This document shows, in pieces, positions 32,168 to 42,277 of a stretch of 64,000 nt of DNA (within the stretch, counting starts at the first letter, position 1; each line of letters begins with the position of its first letter). Where the stretch lies: positions 128,001-192,000 of the forward strand of contig CBDEFO010000008.1 in the NCBI GenBank assembly GCA_965237525.1. Reading direction: 5' to 3'. The DNA is from Candidatus Latescibacterota bacterium (GTDB lineage Bacteria > Latescibacterota > CBDEFO01). The notes under the pieces are model-generated. The model ran no database searches, had not been told where the DNA came from, and saw only the letters and a list, made by a program, of their open reading frames with translations. The position numbers and the translations under genes are program-made.

Positions 32168-32666
32168 GACTTTTGCGCCGAGGGCACTCCGAACTGTGCC
32201 GGCACTTCCTCCTCTCTCTTGACCTGCTCCTGCAAACTGCGTGCATGTGGTTGAAGCTCAATGTTTAGCTCTCCAAGACGTTAGCGATCAAGGTAACATA
32301 ATGGACTAACTGCGACAGTTTTTGGACAGTTTAGAATCGTCTGGGGGAGTAAACCCCTATCTACTGTCTGCGAGATTGCTTATCCTTGCTGGAAATTCGG
32401 TTGCTTGACTCCGGCATAAGAACCTTGGCCACACATTAGGAGCCAGGGCAGAGGTGGCAACAAGCCACGGAGCGGTCGCCCGTACATTTACATGAAACAT
32501 ACGAGCTTTGCATCTCTAAATCAAGCAAAATCTGATGTTATCTTTTCAGAAGCGATGCAAAAATAGCTTGATCTTCGGTCCAGTGGAAGGTATCTTATGG
32601 TCGAGAAGATGCTACAGAACTTAGTGGCCTCTGCAGAAATGACAGTCATTACGAGGAGGTGAAGGA

Positions 32667-33800
32667 GTGTACGACGCTATCGTCATCGGTGCAGGTGGAA
32701 TGGGTAGTGGGGTGGCATATCATCTGGCTCGTTCGGGGGCAAAAATTTTAGTGCTGGAGAAATTTGAAAGGGGACATACCTTCGGCAGTTCTCACGGCTA
32801 CAGCCGGGTCATCCGACTGTTCTACGATAAGAAATTCTACATTGAACTTGCCAAGGCCGCCTATAGAGAATGGCGCAGCCTGGAAAAAGCATCGGGAGTA
32901 AAGCTGCTCTTTCCCACAGGCAGCGTGCTGATTGCTCCCGAGGGACACAATTACGTCCTCACAGCGCGCGATGGTTTGGAGGCGGCAGGTGTCGAATCAG
33001 AGTGGTGGGGCAAGGAGCAACTTTCTGAACGGTTCCCTCAATTCAAAATACCGGACGGAACGAGCGTCCTCTGGCAAGAGGATACGGGCTTCCTCCACGC
33101 CTCAGAGTGCATCTTGACTCATTTAAAATTAGCTGAACAGCACGGAGCGGAAGTCAGAGAGGAGATATCTGTTGAAGGCATCGACTTTAAGGGGCATACT
33201 CCCCAAGTGATTACAAAAGAGGAGCGCTTCCGAGCCGATAAAGTCATTGTGACCGCAGGGCCGTGGGCGGGACAAATTCTCGGTGAATTAGGTCTGCCCT
33301 TGACCGTGACGCGCCAGCAGGTGGTCTATTATCGCCCAAAGGATCCAAGTCTCTTCCAGTTAGGACAGTTCCCGATCTTTGTGGACGTAACCTGGGGCGA
33401 GTTCTTCTACGGCTTTCCTGCCTTCGGACGTGAGGGAGTCAAGGTAGCGCGGCACGATATAGGTCTGGAAAAGGTATCGCCCGACACCTGCAATCGCACG
33501 CCAGATGCCGAATATATCGAGCACCTTAGAGCATTTTTGAAAGAGCGCATCCCTGATGCAGCAGGCGATGCCATTCACGGCGAGGTCTGCCTCTACACGG
33601 AGACCCCGGATGAGGACTTTATTATAGATACGCATCCTGACTGTGCCCATATTATCATCGCTGCGGGATTCTCCGGTCACGGGTTCAAGTTCTGCAGTCT
33701 AATCGGGAAGATCCTTTCGGAGATGGCTCTGGAGGGCGGGACACATTTCGACATCCATCCACTGCGGATAGCTCGGTTCGAGACGGTTGACGGTGGTTAG
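32667..33800 (+). CDS. solA: Monomeric sarcosine oxidase / N-methyl-L-tryptophan oxidase
   Basis: IGAGGMGS, GSSHGYSRVIR, CLYTETPDEDFIID, GFSGHGFKF. Confidence 0.9.
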   Translation: MYDAIVIGAGGMGSGVAYHLARSGAKILVLEKFERGHTFGSSHGYSRVIRLFYDKKFYIELAKAAYREWRSLEKASGVKLLFPTGSVLIAPEGHNYVLTARDGLEAAGVESEWWGKEQLSERFPQFKIPDGTSVLWQEDTGFLHASECILTHLKLAEQHGAEVREEISVEGIDFKGHTPQVITKEERFRADKVIVTAGPWAGQILGELGLPLTVTRQQVVYYRPKDPSLFQLGQFPIFVDVTWGEFFYGFPAFGREGVKVARHDIGLEKVSPDTCNRTPDAEYIEHLRAFLKERIPDAAGDAIHGEVCLYTETPDEDFIIDTHPDCAHIIIAAGFSGHGFKFCSLIGKILSEMALEGGTHFDIHPLRIARFETVDGG

Positions 33801-33881
33801 CATCGATGGGGATCGAAATTCCTTGCCTACTGTATATTTGCTTAGTTCCAACTCCAAACCGCCAAGGAGCCTCTGATCAAG

Positions 33882-34685
33882 ATGGCCTATGATATTCCCA
33901 CAGCAACCCTGGGTCGCACAGGTTTGACCGTTACGCGACTTGGCATAGGGGGTGCATACTGCGAAGATGCGGACGGTTATCGAAGGGCCCTGGACTCTGG
34001 CGCAAACTATATAGATACCGCACGCCTCTACAGAGGCGGAGAGGACGAAAAGGTCATTGGGCAGGCTATCAAAGGGAGGCGGGAGGACATCATTCTGGCT
34101 ACCAAGACGGGAAGACGCGATGCCAAAGGAGCGCGCCAAGACCTTGAGATATCCCTGAAACTGCTCGGGACAGACTACATAGACATCTGGCAGGTGCACA
34201 ATCTGAACATTCAATCCCAGCGCGAGCAAGCCTTAAGCAAAAACGGCGCGATGGAGACATTCCATAAGGCGAAGGAGGAGGGACTTATACGCTTTATGGG
34301 TGTCACAGGCCACGACTGGGTTCAGGTGGGAGAGGCAGTCGCTACAGGTCTCTTTGACACCGTCTTGTGCTGGTATAACTGCGCTATGAGAGAGCCTGAG
34401 GAAAGTGTCTTCCCACACGCTGTGGCACACAATACTGGCGTGGTCGTTATGAACGCTTCGCGCAACGAAAAGCTCTTCAGCGACTCCGGGAATCCTGCGC
34501 CTGAAGCCTTCTACCGCTACGTTTTAAGCAATGATGCGGTCAATATGACGATTATGGCGTTGAGAAATGTTGATCTTTTCTGGCAGATAGCATCGGCCCT
34601 ATCCCAGAGCACAACGATAACTCGAAAGGAGAAAGCCGAACTTGAGGAGTACGGATCAAAGATGCGGGCGGAGGGAAAGTTGTGA
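33882..34685 (+). CDS. Aldo/keto reductase
   Basis: LGRTGLTV, YIDTARLY, ILATKT, TDYIDIWQVH, GVTGH. Confidence 0.92.
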   Translation: MAYDIPTATLGRTGLTVTRLGIGGAYCEDADGYRRALDSGANYIDTARLYRGGEDEKVIGQAIKGRREDIILATKTGRRDAKGARQDLEISLKLLGTDYIDIWQVHNLNIQSQREQALSKNGAMETFHKAKEEGLIRFMGVTGHDWVQVGEAVATGLFDTVLCWYNCAMREPEESVFPHAVAHNTGVVVMNASRNEKLFSDSGNPAPEAFYRYVLSNDAVNMTIMALRNVDLFWQIASALSQSTTITRKEKAELEEYGSKMRAEGKL

Positions 34686-34876
34686 TTAGATGGACAATCT
34701 TCTACACCGCTTTGGCGCTGCTGTTCACGTTGAATGGGCCTGCCTATGCGCAGGGTCTTTTCGCACCTTATGTGGACTATGGCGATAGGGATGCTACTTA
34801 TAAGATAGAGACTATGGAGTATTTGTCTGTTATCAGCCACAGACTTCATTTTAAACGTTCTTGAGGGGGCAGAAAG

Positions 34877-37800
34877 ATGGCAAAGAAATTTGAGTTTTTA
34901 GAAGTATTTATGGGGATAGTTCTGCTATCCTTTGTAAGCGCCAATGCGGCTGTAATCAGTGATGTTAAGGTCTGCAATCTTAGAGGAGGGAGGGCTGCGA
35001 CGATTACGTGGCTTACCGACGTTGCGGCAACAGGGGAAGATAGCGTACTTGTAACCAATACTTCCATCTCTCTGGATACTGTGTTCACTGCGTCCAGAAT
35101 CGGTTTCAACACTCACGCCGTGGATATAAGTGGTTTAACTCCCAGTAGCACAGGTTATTCATTTTTTATAGTATCTGAGGGAGCCACAAGCAGTGGTACA
35201 TTTGATACTCCGACTGAGTTCGCCAACGCTCCACAGACAACCACTGTGAAGGTGCTTAACAAGGATGGCACGGATGCTGAGGGAGCTCTGGTTCCTGCGA
35301 TTGTGACCGACCTTTCCTTAGCTGGTCCTCCTTTCAATATCAGGTTACCCTCTTTGCCTATATGTGGCATTACTGGTTCAACTGGCATAGCCGTTCTTTC
35401 TTTGGATTTAGCAGTCAAGGAAAACGGTCTGGGCAATATGGCGTTTAACCCGTCGTCTGCCGGTGGATTTGAAGTCACGCTTGAGGCAAAGGACGGCAAG
35501 GGCAATAGCGCTTCGTCCGGTGCTCTCGTCACACCTATAAATCTGAATGTCAATATAGACACTCTCCAATTGGCTTCTCCGACCATCCCTATAATTAATG
35601 TCTCTCCTAGTTCACTAGATTTCGGCCTCGTGCAGGTTGCAAGCTCTAAAAGGGATACTGTGACTTTAAAGAGCGTAGGCGGAGATACGCTGAAAATTAA
35701 CGGGCTTTCAGGCGTTGAGCTGCCATTTAGCATCGTATCGCCGGTCACACTGCCAGATACGCTTGCGCCAAATTCCTTGACAAATGTCGTTGTAGAATTT
35801 AGTCCTACCACTGCCGGTTCTTTCCTGGATACTCTGGTCGTTACAAGCAACGATACTACGAACGCCATCTTAAATATACCTTTAAGCGGCTCTTCGAGCT
35901 TCCAGCTCGTTATCAACGAGGTACTGTTCAATCCGGGGATGTTGGACGCCAACAGGGACGGCACAGTTTCCGATACGGAAGATGAGTTTATAGAAATACT
36001 TAACAACGGACTCAATACGATGGACATAGGAGGATGGACGTTAAGCGACATCAGTGCAGCGGCCCCCTTTGCCTTTCCTGGAGGCACTACGATAGTTCCG
36101 GGAGAATTTATAGTCCTTTTCGGAGATACGACTGGAGCCACAGGATTTACAGGACAGATCTTCTCAGATCCCGACAACCTCATCGGGGACGGACTATCCG
36201 AGCCGCCGGGAGACCCAGATGGAGTCGTGCTCAAGACATCAGGAGGCGTCACGGTCGATTCTGTGTTCTCATCCTCTCCTCCCACAGGAAAGTCACTGGT
36301 GAGGATTCCCGATGGGATAGGTGCTTTTGGCGACCACGACAGCCCAAATGCTATCGCCAAGATCTCCCCCGGCGAACCCAGAGTTGGGCTTTCGTCTATA
36401 GCGACGCCTGATTCCATAGAAATTCCGGCGGGATTGACGGCGCAGCTGAGCGCATTAGGGTTCTTTTCCCCTGATTCCACCAATATTACAGACCTGGTGA
36501 TCTGGTCGAGTTCAGATACAAGTATAGCCGTTGTGGACGATTCTGGAAAGGTAACTGCCAAAACGCAGGCTTCCTATCCGCAGACGACGTATATAAGGGC
36601 GAATATTTTCGATCTTGCAGATTCAACAAAGGTCAAGGTGATCGTTCCTCTGGCACCTGTTATGACATCTATTAATCCCACTTCTGGCACGGAATTAGGC
36701 GGTACGTCTGTGACGATAGCAGGGAACAATTTCCGGAGCGGAGCGACTGTGACTTTTGGTGATACTGCAGCCGCAGGTGTGGGCGTAGCCTCCTCTGATA
36801 CTATTAGTGCTACTACTCCCACTCACCCTGTCGGGACTGTGGATATAATAATCACAAATCCCAGTGGCCTGGCAGACACCCTCTTTGGTGGATTTACTTT
36901 TAGCGTCAATCCTGTTGTGACATCTATTGATCCTACTTCTGGCACGGAATTGGGGGGCACATCTGTTACGATAACAGGTAGCGGTTTCAAAATCGGAGGG
37001 ACTGTTGCTTTCGATGATAGCACAGCCACATCAGATACAGTAGTCTCGGATAGCAATATTACGGCTGTGATTCCTGCTCATCCTGTTGGGACTGTACATG
37101 TGATAGTTACAAATCCCGACGGTCAAGCAGACACGCTCTCTAACGGATTTACTTTTGTTTCTATTGACGCTATAACCGATACTGTCTCCTTTGACGCTGT
37201 GGGAGATAGGGCGGCTATTGAGATTGTGATAGATACTGTCAAGGCCAGCGCGGGCGCGCCGTTTTTGGAGGATAGTCTTTTGGCTGTGAGTTATAACGTC
37301 ACAGGGGTACTTAATCCTTTTGTCGCCAAGGTCTTTGATGCCAGCGGCAGTGAGCCGGGGGTGGCGTTGACAAGTAAGGTGATAGATCCTGCTGGAGGTC
37401 TCAGTCAACTCGTATCGGACGGCTTCACAAGGTTTGAGGATGGACGAGTCAGTTTAGGAATCACTCAGGGACAAACTCTGTTTATAGCTATGGAGTTATC
37501 TTCTGCTGCGGGTCCTTCGATAGGTGTGAATAGCGGTCTTGATCCGAGCAAGAGTTGGACATACGATGAGATCGGAGGAGTTACGCGGTGGAGGCGGAGT
37601 TCCGATTTCGGAATAACAGGTGATAGAGGATTTATGATACGGACAGTGACGGGGATTATGGGGGATGTGTCAAAGTTTCCTCCTGGCAGAGGAATATCAG
37701 ACGGAGAGATTGGGACGGAAGATTTGGACTTCGTGGTAGATGTAGTTCTTAGCAGGATTTCTGAATCTGGTGTATCGGATGTGATATCAGGAGCGGATAG

Positions 37801-37900
37801 AGTTACGAGATTCCTTATGGATGCAGTGGACGGAAGAGGAGATGGGGCTGACGGCATAGTTAATCTTTTCGATATCCTGTTTGTTGTTGATAGGCTCTGA
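34877..37900 (+). CDS. Large secreted protein: FN3-like, ASH/choice-of-anchor-D, lamin-tail, Big_2, 2x IPT/TIG and a dockerin-like C-terminal module
   Basis: Signal peptide; VSPSSLDFG; LVINEVL...DANRDG...DEFIEI; WSSSDTSIAVVDDSGKVTA; two SI.PTSGTELGGTSVTI.G repeats; C-terminus homologous to 14053-14765. Confidence 0.85.
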   Translation: MAKKFEFLEVFMGIVLLSFVSANAAVISDVKVCNLRGGRAATITWLTDVAATGEDSVLVTNTSISLDTVFTASRIGFNTHAVDISGLTPSSTGYSFFIVSEGATSSGTFDTPTEFANAPQTTTVKVLNKDGTDAEGALVPAIVTDLSLAGPPFNIRLPSLPICGITGSTGIAVLSLDLAVKENGLGNMAFNPSSAGGFEVTLEAKDGKGNSASSGALVTPINLNVNIDTLQLASPTIPIINVSPSSLDFGLVQVASSKRDTVTLKSVGGDTLKINGLSGVELPFSIVSPVTLPDTLAPNSLTNVVVEFSPTTAGSFLDTLVVTSNDTTNAILNIPLSGSSSFQLVINEVLFNPGMLDANRDGTVSDTEDEFIEILNNGLNTMDIGGWTLSDISAAAPFAFPGGTTIVPGEFIVLFGDTTGATGFTGQIFSDPDNLIGDGLSEPPGDPDGVVLKTSGGVTVDSVFSSSPPTGKSLVRIPDGIGAFGDHDSPNAIAKISPGEPRVGLSSIATPDSIEIPAGLTAQLSALGFFSPDSTNITDLVIWSSSDTSIAVVDDSGKVTAKTQASYPQTTYIRANIFDLADSTKVKVIVPLAPVMTSINPTSGTELGGTSVTIAGNNFRSGATVTFGDTAAAGVGVASSDTISATTPTHPVGTVDIIITNPSGLADTLFGGFTFSVNPVVTSIDPTSGTELGGTSVTITGSGFKIGGTVAFDDSTATSDTVVSDSNITAVIPAHPVGTVHVIVTNPDGQADTLSNGFTFVSIDAITDTVSFDAVGDRAAIEIVIDTVKASAGAPFLEDSLLAVSYNVTGVLNPFVAKVFDASGSEPGVALTSKVIDPAGGLSQLVSDGFTRFEDGRVSLGITQGQTLFIAMELSSAAGPSIGVNSGLDPSKSWTYDEIGGVTRWRRSSDFGITGDRGFMIRTVTGIMGDVSKFPPGRGISDGEIGTEDLDFVVDVVLSRISESGVSDVISGADRVTRFLMDAVDGRGDGADGIVNLFDILFVVDRL

Positions 37901-38364
37901 TATTTAGATTAAGTCCGTTATATTTTCTCTACTGTAAGACAGTTCTGTAGCCAGAAACGTCATCTATATCTAAGAGAAGGATGATTCTTAAAAGTACTAT
38001 GCAGTTTTGGGTTGACTTCTGGACGCTCGGGGTAATATTTTGCAGGATACACAGACGGATTACACTTTCTGATATTGACGGAGTAGGCTTTTTCCCATAT
38101 GCAAAAGGAAGGGATTTCAAGGTCATGTTTGTGGCATAACCATGAACCCCAATAAACTATGGCTTATTTCGGGATCTTGCGTGAGGATTGTGTCAGTTTG
38201 GATCGTTGCTTCACGCCATAGGATTTGATGGATCATTGATTCTTCACGGTCTTGAGGAAGCGCAGGTGGGAGAGTGCGTGACTTTCCTGCATTGAGAGCT
38301 TGTGAATCAACTGTCTGCCGATGAGGCAGATGGGCCGAACTACAACGGAAAGGGAGGCAGCCAA

Positions 38365-39717
38365 ATGTCCGCTACAGAGCAGAACGATTCTCTGTTCCAT
38401 CGCGATTTGACTTACAACTATCCGATCATAGTGCGTGGGGAGGGGATTTACCTCTACGACAATACCGGAAAACGCTACCTGGACGGTATATCCGGTGTGA
38501 GCAACGTCATCCTGGGACACGGCCGCCAACGTATCGTAGAGGCGATGTCCGAGCAGGGCAAGACTCTGGCTTACTGCTTCTCCGGCAATTTTACCAACCA
38601 GCCAGCATTGGACTTAGCTGAGCGCATTACGGCGCTGGCCCCTGGCGACCTCAATTACGTATACTTTGTCTCTGGAGGCTCGGAGGGCATCGAAACAGCG
38701 ATCAAGATAGCCCGCCAATACCACGTACAGCGCGGCAATAAGCAGAAGTACCAAATCATTGCTCGCTGGCGTGGCTACCACGGTGCTACGCTGGGCGCGC
38801 TGGGGGCCACGGGCCTGCCGTCATTGCGCTCCCCCTTTGCCCCATTGCTGTCCGATTTTCCGCATATAGCGCCCTGCTATCCCTACCGCTGCGCCTTTGC
38901 AGGCTGCATGGGGAAATGTAACCTGACCTGTGCCCACCAACTGGAAGAGGCAATCTTGCAGGCTGGACCGGAAAATGTCGCCGGCTTCATCGCTGAACCG
39001 GTGGTGAATGCGGGGATCGCCATTGGCGTCCCGCCGCCTGATTACTATCCACTGATCCGCGAAATATGCGACAAATACGAAATACTCTTTATTGCGGATG
39101 AAATAGTCACCGGCTTTGGCCGAACAGGAAGGTATTTTGCCATCGAGCACTGGGGCGTTGTGCCGGATATGATTGTCTTTGGCAAGGGGGTCAGCGGTGG
39201 CTATTGTCCTCTGGGCGGCGTGATCCTTCAGGAAGAAATTCGCGACAGCTTTGCCGAGAGCGGCAAACCCTTCGCCCACGTTTTCACCTATGTTGATAAC
39301 CCCGTAGCTACGAGAGCCGGACTGGAGGTCCTGGACATCATAGAGGAGGAGGAGATTCTTGAGCAGGCTGCGCAGCAGGGCGAGTACCTGCTGACAAGCG
39401 CGAAAAAATTGCAAGCACATCCAAGCGTTGGTGAAATTCGCAGCAAGGGACTGATGCTCGGGATCGAACTGGTGCGCGACAGTGCGACCAAAGAGCCTTT
39501 TCCCGCGGGGCTGGGGGTCAACAAACGCATAAGCAAGATTCTGCTGGACAAGGGTTTGTCTGTGGGGGCCACCGGCGGCGGCGCGGACTGGATAAACGGT
39601 GACGACGTGCGTCTCTATCCCCCGCTTATCATCACTCGTAGACAGATTGACGAAGCGATCAGCATCCTGGACGAGGGACTGGGTCAGTTGGAAGACGAAC
39701 TTTCGCACTCCACCTAA
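38365..39717 (+). CDS. Class-III PLP aminotransferase
   Basis: GEGIYLYD, SGGSEG, YHGAT, FIAEPV, IADEIVTGFGRTG, GKGVSGGY. Confidence 0.95.
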   Translation: MSATEQNDSLFHRDLTYNYPIIVRGEGIYLYDNTGKRYLDGISGVSNVILGHGRQRIVEAMSEQGKTLAYCFSGNFTNQPALDLAERITALAPGDLNYVYFVSGGSEGIETAIKIARQYHVQRGNKQKYQIIARWRGYHGATLGALGATGLPSLRSPFAPLLSDFPHIAPCYPYRCAFAGCMGKCNLTCAHQLEEAILQAGPENVAGFIAEPVVNAGIAIGVPPPDYYPLIREICDKYEILFIADEIVTGFGRTGRYFAIEHWGVVPDMIVFGKGVSGGYCPLGGVILQEEIRDSFAESGKPFAHVFTYVDNPVATRAGLEVLDIIEEEEILEQAAQQGEYLLTSAKKLQAHPSVGEIRSKGLMLGIELVRDSATKEPFPAGLGVNKRISKILLDKGLSVGATGGGADWINGDDVRLYPPLIITRRQIDEAISILDEGLGQLEDELSHST

Positions 39718-39996
39718 CATGCTTGCTCGCCGCGGTCACCATGACCATCTTATCTACGCTGACCCTACCCATTTCGAGGGGAGGTGGATGCAGTGTGGCT
39801 ACAAACCACAAAGTGGGTTGCATCGGACATCGTTTCTCTCCACATATCTCCTAATGTTGCACCGACCACATTCTGGCTCTATAGGGTACGTCACCGTTCT
39901 CGGCCCTCATGTTGCTCCCAGGTTTCATTCTCAGCGGGTGATAAAAAGGTAAAAGGGGTTGTGAGAAGTCAGCTATGCAATATCCTAGGCCTCTGA

Positions 39997-41565
39997 CTAC
40001 CCTTTAATCTCGGGCCAAGGATGATTCCCGGGATCAAGTAAACGGCTCGGTGCAAAATAAGGTTTGGGATAGTCGTCCGGCTCGTCGGTGATCCCAAGGA
40101 TGCGGTTGACTATGCAGCGCCCGCCGTTGAACGACACGCTACTGCCAGAGCCGCACATGCCTCCAATGATGTACCGTCCTTTACCGTCAATTATGCCGAC
40201 GACCGGATATTCATCGGGCGTGTAACCGACGGTGCCGCTCCACTCGTGGGTCATGTGCAGCTGGTATGGTCCGTAATATCGCTTCATCTGGCCTGCCAGA
40301 AACTTGGTGAGGAAGCGCGAGGGCCTGTTGCGTCCGGCCTCGTGATCGGGCAAGCGGGACCCGCCAGAGCCGAATAAGACCCTCTTTCCGTAGCGGCCGG
40401 CGAAGAACCAGGCACCGCTGATGCCGACGTGTGGCTTCATCGTCTCCGGCCCACCGTTGCCGCTGGCGGCCTGTTCCTGCAACGGGAGGATCGCGTCGTG
40501 GAATTGCTGCAGCAATCCGGGTGTGTAGGACTCGGTGGCATAAACTACGTGGCTCGTCCGGATCGGCCCGCGCTGGGTGTGGACTACGTAATGTTCGCCC
40601 TGGTCTTCCACAGAGGTTACTCTTGTGCGCGTGAACAGTTGGACAGATGTCGTGCTCAGAGCGGATTGGAGCAGGGACCAGACCCACTTGGCAGGATGCC
40701 ACGATGCGGCTGCCAGTGAAAAACCGGCGTTGTGTTCAAGCTGCATGCCCGACTTGTCAAGGGCCTCTTCGGGCGTGATGTCAGTCCAGTCGGTAAAGCC
40801 GGTAGCCAGCGCCATTTTCACTGACTCTTGCAGCGATTCCTGCTCATGGCCGTCTCTGGACTGCACCCATCCAGCGCGCACATAATTGCAGTCAAAGCCC
40901 TCGGCCTCTATGGTCTTTTCGATCAGGTCAGCGTTGTTGTACGCTGCGCGGCAGTAAGCAGCGGCGAACTGTCTGGACAGTTGGTCGCGCTCGGTATCAG
41001 TCAGATCCCGGCGGACATGGCCCAGGTTCTGGAGAACCGTGTCCCGAACCATCTTAAAGTACCTGCCCATGACGACCAGCCCTTCGTTGCGGCCGGAACT
41101 GCCGCTGGCCGGATCGTCCATCTCCAGCACGACCATGAGCCGATGTGGCGGCGCCTTTTTCGACCAGTGGTACGCCAGTGCGGCTCCTGTGAAGCCCGCG
41201 CCGATAACTACAGTATCAGCCTCATCAGGTAAGGTTGTCGCCGGTTCCTTCTGCCACGGATGGTTTTCCAGCGGGTTGACATCCAGCAGCCACATGGGCG
41301 TGGAAGAAACCTTCCTGTCGATCGTCAGGTGCTGCATGCCCTCGGGGATGGCGACGAACATCTGATACAGGCACCATGCCAGGAAGCGGCACCATCGCAA
41401 GACGAAGGGCTGGTCCCCGTAGCGCTTCCTCACGTACGTGCCGGCCGCCTGGAAGTCAGGTTTTCGCAGCCCAATTAGCAGGCCCAGAGCGACTCTCAGG
41501 CGCCTGAACAGACTCACGCCGGATGGGGTGAGGCGTGTGTCACAGCTTTGCGCAGCCAATTCCAT
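39997..41565 (-). CDS. FAD-dependent oxidoreductase (DAO/PuuB-like)
   Basis: VIGAGFTG, ASGSSGRNEG, WSGTVGYTPD. Confidence 0.85.
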   Translation of the reverse strand: MELAAQSCDTRLTPSGVSLFRRLRVALGLLIGLRKPDFQAAGTYVRKRYGDQPFVLRWCRFLAWCLYQMFVAIPEGMQHLTIDRKVSSTPMWLLDVNPLENHPWQKEPATTLPDEADTVVIGAGFTGAALAYHWSKKAPPHRLMVVLEMDDPASGSSGRNEGLVVMGRYFKMVRDTVLQNLGHVRRDLTDTERDQLSRQFAAAYCRAAYNNADLIEKTIEAEGFDCNYVRAGWVQSRDGHEQESLQESVKMALATGFTDWTDITPEEALDKSGMQLEHNAGFSLAAASWHPAKWVWSLLQSALSTTSVQLFTRTRVTSVEDQGEHYVVHTQRGPIRTSHVVYATESYTPGLLQQFHDAILPLQEQAASGNGGPETMKPHVGISGAWFFAGRYGKRVLFGSGGSRLPDHEAGRNRPSRFLTKFLAGQMKRYYGPYQLHMTHEWSGTVGYTPDEYPVVGIIDGKGRYIIGGMCGSGSSVSFNGGRCIVNRILGITDEPDDYPKPYFAPSRLLDPGNHPWPEIKG

Positions 41566-41607
41566 AGATCCTTTCAGCTACTTGAGCAATGTGGCCATGT
41601 TCTGCTT

Positions 41608-42189
41608 TCAATCCTCCAGTTGACCGCCAACTTCCAGCGCTGCCCAGAAGGCATAGTCAGCGTGGTGCACGATGGTCACGTGCAAAGATCGCTTGACCAA
41701 TTCGCCCTCCCCGGAGTGGCAGCCGGCTGCGTGGCATACTTCTTCGGGCAGACTCACTGTGAGGCAAACGTGCGTGCCGTATTGCGTATGCCTAATTGCA
41801 GGGAAGCCCGAGGTGTCGGGATTCTGTTGCCAGCGCTGCTGGTTCTCTGGATCAAACTCGAAGGGCTTTCCCACATCGTGACACAGGGCGCACGCGATCA
41901 GCATGTCGCGATCTATGGGCAAGTCGGGAAACTGGCTATGAAGCGAGTCGGCCAACGCGATCGCCAGCTGCGTCACGCCGCGAATGTGGTCCGTTTGCGT
42001 GCCCGACTTGAGGCGAGCCGTGTCAGGGTTGCCTGAGGGGCGGATCTGGTCAATGGAGGTGAACAAACTGTGACCCAGGCTGTAAGCCCACGCATCAATG
42101 ACCTTGTTGCGCAGTGACTCGTCGCCGATCTGGCTCACCTCAGGCAACGAACGAATAACCGACTCTCGTAGTTTATCTGAAATCTGCAT
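41608..42189 (-). CDS. HD-domain protein
   Basis: H...LCHDVGK...RH...CH...HHAD. Confidence 0.88.
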   Translation of the reverse strand: MQISDKLRESVIRSLPEVSQIGDESLRNKVIDAWAYSLGHSLFTSIDQIRPSGNPDTARLKSGTQTDHIRGVTQLAIALADSLHSQFPDLPIDRDMLIACALCHDVGKPFEFDPENQQRWQQNPDTSGFPAIRHTQYGTHVCLTVSLPEEVCHAAGCHSGEGELVKRSLHVTIVHHADYAFWAALEVGGQLED

Positions 42190-42277
42190 GGCGCGCTCCG
42201 ATTGATATGGTCTGGCCTCTCATTGTGAGAAGTCAGGGAAAACTATACATGTAAACTTCCGATGCGGGGAAAGGATT

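Noticed and set aside
34682..34864. 60-aa ORF with a signal-peptide-like start
   Set aside because: It could be a stub of a secreted protein, but it is too short to support a call.
35155..39720. Antisense ORFs 35155-36561 and 38821-39720 (also 22177-22986 and 56621-57244)
   Set aside because: They lie opposite well-supported genes and have no recognisable motifs.
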